From positions 1 through 11,829 of the forward strand of contig NW_021826872.1 in assembly GCF_006345805.1 (NCBI RefSeq): a stretch of DNA of 11,829 nucleotides, given 5' to 3'. This document shows, piece by piece, positions 8,083-11,829 of the stretch. Within the stretch, counting starts at the first letter, position 1. Every line of letters starts with the position of its first letter. The position numbers and the translations under genes are program-made. Origin of the DNA: Octopus sinensis (Eukaryota). Below the pieces are notes generated by a model, which did no database searches, had not been told where the DNA came from, and worked only from the letters and a program-made list of their open reading frames with translations.

Positions 8083-8300
8083 GCGGTGAGCTGAGAATTT
8101 TTCGTTAGCACGTTAGAAAAGAATGCTTAATTGCATTTTTTTCCGGCTCTTTGCGTTCTGAGTTCAAATATCACCGGGGTCCATTTTTCCCCTTCATCCT
8201 TTAGGGTCCTTTAGGGTCCGATAAAGTAAATACCAGTTGAGCATTAGGGTCGATGCAATCGCTTGACCCTCCCTTCAAAATATATTGCTAGTCTTATATA
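8083..8300 (+). mobile_element. Diverged SINE monomer (same head/core, tail type B)
   Basis: gcggtgagctg...gttagcacg...gttctgagttcaaat...taccagttgagcattagggtcgatgcaatcg...ccctcccttcaaaa aligns with the other copies. Confidence 0.85.
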
Positions 8301-8329
8301 AGACCATATGCGTATCTGTGTCCGTGAAT

Positions 8330-8427
8330 ACCTGTGTGTGTACACACGTATGGGTATATATATATATACATACATACAAATTTACATAAATAGATAGACA
8401 GATGAATTGATAGATATATACTTACAT

Positions 8428-8498
<71 letters not shown>

Positions 8499-8500
8499 TA
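8330..8500. repeat. Compound (TG)/(TA)/(TACA)/(GATA)n/(GACA)n microsatellite
   Basis: Pure (GATA)n at ~8433-8485. Confidence 0.95.
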
Positions 8501-8509
8501 AATATAGTG

Positions 8510-9910
8510 TCAACATTTAGGACACTGGACTGGGTACATGATGAAATTGGGAACTTCGACATAGGGACGAGGAAGATATTGGCAACCACTGATAAATTCC
8601 AAGTAAACAGTGACCCTGATAAGATCTATGTTTAATGAAGGGATGGAGATAGAAGTATAAACCAGTTCTTTTAAGTGCCGCATCGTGACACCTCGACAAC
8701 GCAAACTGAATATTGAAGAGGGAAATGTGTCCACCGAGCGTATATTCAGGAGTGATGTTAATAACATAATCAGATCGAACGAAGAACTCTTTAAGAGGTT
8801 TTCAAAGAGAACTGCAGTTCCATGTAAACCAAGGCTGACTAGATTGAGAAACGCTCAACATACTAGCAGAAAGATATGCATGGGTACATATCCCGCCAGT
8901 TTGAGAATACCAACAATATTGATAGGAATAGCATACTCTCTTGGGCCGGCGATTCATGCGTCACATCTCTCCAATCAGATTACGCTTTTGTGTAGGTGGC
9001 GAGCTGGCAGAAACGTTAGCTCGCCAGGCGAAATGCTCTGCGGTATTTCGTCTGCCGCTACGTTCTGAGTTCAAATTCCGCCGAGATCGACTTTGCCTTT
9101 CATCCTTTCGGGGTCGATAAATTAAGCACCAGTTATGCACTGGGGTCGATGTAATCGACTTACTTCGTCTGTCTGTCCTTGTTTGTCCTCTCTGTGTTTA
9201 GCCCCTTGTGGGTAGTAAAGAAAAAAAGAAATAGATTACGCTTTTGTTATCCAAGAACAGGGGATAGATAGTAAATACCTGGTCAACAGGAGAGTAAAAA
9301 GTGTCACTAAGTCTATGATTGAAAATATCGATTGTACGATAGCAGTATGGAAGATATCGCATGAATTATCAGCTGTCTAAAAATGTCGGCAAAATCCTAC
9401 TTTCCCGTATATGACATCGTCACTGAGACCGACGACAAAGTTAAACGCAAGAAGAACTGTCATGACAGCCATACTGAAAGCACACTACGACCAGGAAGTG
9501 TCCATACCTTTAAAAATAATAATAAAAAATAATTGTAGAACATTGCAATAAAACCAACAAGACGATATAAACACAACAGAGCAGATATTGTTGTATTTGA
9601 CAGGGAGCAAAAGTCATGCAATGTTGTAGAAACCAGCTGACAGGTGGAAGGGAATATCTCGTCAAAAGTTAGGGAAAAGGGAGAAACGTCTATAGGAGAC
9701 TAACGAGAAACCTATTTCTCTTGTATCCAGATTATTGATTTTCGTTTGGACCTTTTAACATCGGGGCCCTGGACTATGTAACAAGAGATCTGCGTAAAAA
9801 AATTTGACATGCTAGGGATTTCCAAAACAGAACAGAGCAATCCGATTCACATTCTCCATACACAACACTTTTAACGGCGAAGTGGAAATTTCTAAACATT
9901 TCAGGGATTC
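8510..9910 (+). mobile_element. 5'-truncated, decayed non-LTR retrotransposon of the R4/Dong type (post-RT region, zinc-knuckle remnant, RLE endonuclease)
   Basis: Stitched translation: TFRTLDW..EI..FDI.TRKIL...NSDPDKIY; FKCRIV; MHGYI (8876); SW...DYAFVIQEQ across the SINE TSD; EDIA*IISCLKMS (9350-9388); HNRADIVVFDREQKSCNVVETS (9572 onward, PD..E-type nuclease); K..EK..Y..L.RNL.LLYPDY; IGALDYV (9760-9780). Many stops and frameshifts. Confidence 0.82.
8992..9232 (+). mobile_element. Full-length SINE monomer (tail type A) with 15-bp TSD, inserted into the LINE
   Basis: TSD AGATTACGCTTTTGT at 8977-8991 and 9233-9247; A-rich 3' end. Confidence 0.96.
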
Positions 9911-10298
9911 TCTATTTTAAGTTCTTTGGTGAAATTTTTGGGGAGGGGGCAGTCGATAAGATGGCCCCCAGTACGTAACTGGTACTTAATTTATCGATCT
10001 TCAAAGAATGAAAGGCATAATCGACCTCGACAGAATTTGAACTCAGAACGTAAAGACAGACGAGATACCTATTTCTTTACTACCCACAAGGGGCTAAACA
10101 CAGAGCGGACAAACAAGGACAAACAAAGGTATTAAGTCGATCACATCGACATCAGTGCGTAACTGGTACTCATTTAATTGACCCCGAAAGGATGAAAGGC
10201 AAAGTCGACCTCGGCGGAATTTGAACTCAGAACGTAGCGGCGGACGAAATACCACAAAGCATTTCGCCTGGCGTGCTAACGTTTCTGCCAGCCCTGCC
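9911..10298 (-). mobile_element. Dimeric SINE: head+core+tail A (10298-10070) followed by core+tail B (10069-~9911)
   Basis: Two copies of the core in tandem. Junction gaaata|ggtat is the same as at 7212-7222. No clear TSD; the left boundary is approximate. Confidence 0.9.
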
Positions 10299-10702
10299 CC
10301 TTCAATATCATTGTTGTTCGCTCGGTCTCTTTGTTTCATACATTATGTACTCTATATCTGCATGTCAGTATTTCTGTCTGTCTGCACTGACTGTCTCACT
10401 TCCGGTCTATAAATTTCACTGCCAGCAGTTACCTGCTGCCTGTATGAACGCATATTTTTCGATCCGTTATAGTCACAGTTACGTTAGTGTTAATTTACAT
10501 TGATAGTTCAATTTTTATATTAAAATCGCTAACAATAAAAACTCTGTGCTAATAACCGAACGATATTAATCAATATCTAACGGAATTCCTATTTATTCTA
10601 GCAATACGAGCAAGACGAGCACCGGATACATAACCTTCTTAGTCTGACCTCCTTAAAAACAAGCCTTCACTCAAGATGTGAAAGCAATGAGGAGATATTC
10701 AC

Positions 10703-10862
10703 GGAGGCGTAACAGTGTGGTAAGGTGTTTGTTTCCTAACCACGTGGTTTTGGGTTCAGTTCCACTGCGTGACATTTTGAGAAGTGTCTTCTATTGTAGA
10801 TTTTGGCCGATTAAATACTTGTGAGTGGATTGGTAGACGGAAATAGAAAGAATCCCCACCGC
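10703..10862 (+). mobile_element. tRNA-derived SINE, 5' half (family with an internal TA/TG microsatellite)
   Basis: gtgtggtaag (A-box-like), gggttcagttcc (B-box-like), aagtgtcttcta...gtgagtggattggtagacggaaa...gaaagaa, then (TA)n. Family assignment is from recall. Confidence 0.7.
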
Positions 10863-10908
<46 letters not shown>

Positions 10909-10926
10909 ATATATATATATATATAT
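10863..10926. repeat. (TA)n microsatellite
   Basis: Seen directly. Confidence 0.98.
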
Positions 10927-11297
10927 TAAATGTAAATTTAGATGTACAAGTACAAAGAGACAAGCCTTAACGGGTTGCCTAGCATACTAGAAAGAACAGT
11001 CAAAATGTCCAAACCACAGATAGGAGCAATTTCAAAGGGAATAAAAAATAAAAACATTTACCATGTTTTACAGCCGGACCTTAGGTTTCGAACTGTAATT
11101 AACAAATAAAATAATTTGCAAGGCGAAGTTCTCATCAGTGGATCCGCCAAAACACTAACATATAAATTAGAGACCAAATAACACGTCTCTCAATCTTTTA
11201 TATTGTAACTTTTCTAATCCTCGGCGCAAGCGCAGATTCAATCCGCAGCGAATAAAGGTGCCGATTAAACTTCAGAAACTGCTAAAATCATTTCTTA
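10927..11297 (-). mobile_element. Relative of the 4366-4764 element (one arm plus core, no inverted second arm) inserted in a (TA)n tract
   Basis: Collinear with 4480-4764 in the opposite orientation: identical 18-mer gagcaatttcaaagggaa (11024-41 versus rc of 4675-92), gcgcaagcgca (11224-34 versus rc of 4480-90), and a hammerhead core at equivalent spacing. Confidence 0.75.
11071..11144 (-). ncRNA. Candidate minimal type I hammerhead ribozyme (second copy)
   Basis: Minus strand: CTGATGA-GAACT...AGTTC-GAAAC-CTAAG-GTC. Perfect core, 5-bp helix II, helix III ACC-taa-GGT. Helix I is decayed (3/6 pairs). Confidence 0.55.
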
Positions 11298-11450
11298 ATA
11301 TATATATATTTATATATATATATGTGTGTGTGAATGTGTGTGTGTGTGTGTATGTGTGCATGTGAGTGTATGTGTGTGTGTGTGTGTATGTATATGTATA
11401 TTAATATATGTGTGTGTACGTGTGTCTGTACGTGTGTGTGTTTTTGTGTC
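11298..11450. repeat. (TA)n-(TG)n compound microsatellite
   Basis: Seen directly. Confidence 0.96.
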
Positions 11451-11647
11451 TATGTTTGTCCCCCCACCAAATCTTGACAACCGTTGTTGGTGTGTTTTCG
11501 TCTTTAGCGGTTCAGCAGAGAAACCGACAGAGTATAAATACCAGACGTAAAAAAAAATGCACTTGGGTTGATGCGTTCAACTCAAATTTTTTTCGGCGGT
11601 GCCCCCGCATGGTCGCATCTAGCGACGGAAACGAATAAAAGATAAAA
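11451..11647 (+). mobile_element. 3' half of the SINE that begins at 10703
   Basis: tgtttgtcccccc...cttgacaaccg...ttagcggttc...ggcggtgc...gcatgg.cgca...gaaac.aataaaagataaaa matches my recollection of the 3' half of that Octopus SINE; A-rich end. Confidence 0.65.
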
Positions 11648-11829
11648 CTATCTGTAAATGTAGAGGCACCGTACATTTATGAAATTATTGCCCCTAAGGG
11701 CCTCCATTGGCAATTATCCCATGATATTCCAAGATGAACGCGGGGCCAAACACAGTTTTGCTCTTGTGTAGGGTTGGTAGCTGTCCAAGCTTGTAATTCT
11801 CTCCCCCTCTCCAAGATACTGATGTTTGT

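Noticed and set aside
8198-8217. Two TTAGGG telomere-like hexamers
   Set aside because: They result from a 10-bp tandem duplication of a mutated SINE core (cctttcgggg), not a telomeric array.
7152-10412. Short ORFs 7152-7334, 9926-10135, 10094-10339 and 10221-10412
   Set aside because: They lie within SINE copies and are incidental open frames.

Overview
Repeat-saturated, AT-rich non-coding eukaryotic DNA. The SINE families and microsatellite load look like Octopus (cephalopod) genomic DNA; this rests on my recall of those repeats, not on a search. I find no credible host protein-coding gene, rRNA, tRNA or CRISPR array. The long ORFs at 181-2220 are stop-free translations of triplet and dinucleotide repeats. 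Identifiable parts: (i) a decayed, 3'-deleted irritans-type mariner (2877-3729); (ii) a decayed 3' portion of an R4/Dong-like non-LTR retrotransposon with a restriction-like endonuclease domain (~8510-9910); (iii) about nine tRNA-derived SINE copies or fragments, two insertions with perfect 15-16 bp TSDs; (iv) many compound microsatellites. The most interesting signal is not in the ORF track. Three short TA-associated repeat segments each carry a minimal type I hammerhead-ribozyme-like motif (CUGANGA...GAAAC-palindromic loop-GUH) at 4578-4646 (+), 11071-11144 (-) and, more decayed, 3998-4070 (-). The first lies inside a 399-bp element with 102-bp inverted arms that mimics a MITE but may be a non-autonomous Penelope-like or retrozyme-like unit. 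All alignments and folds were done by eye.
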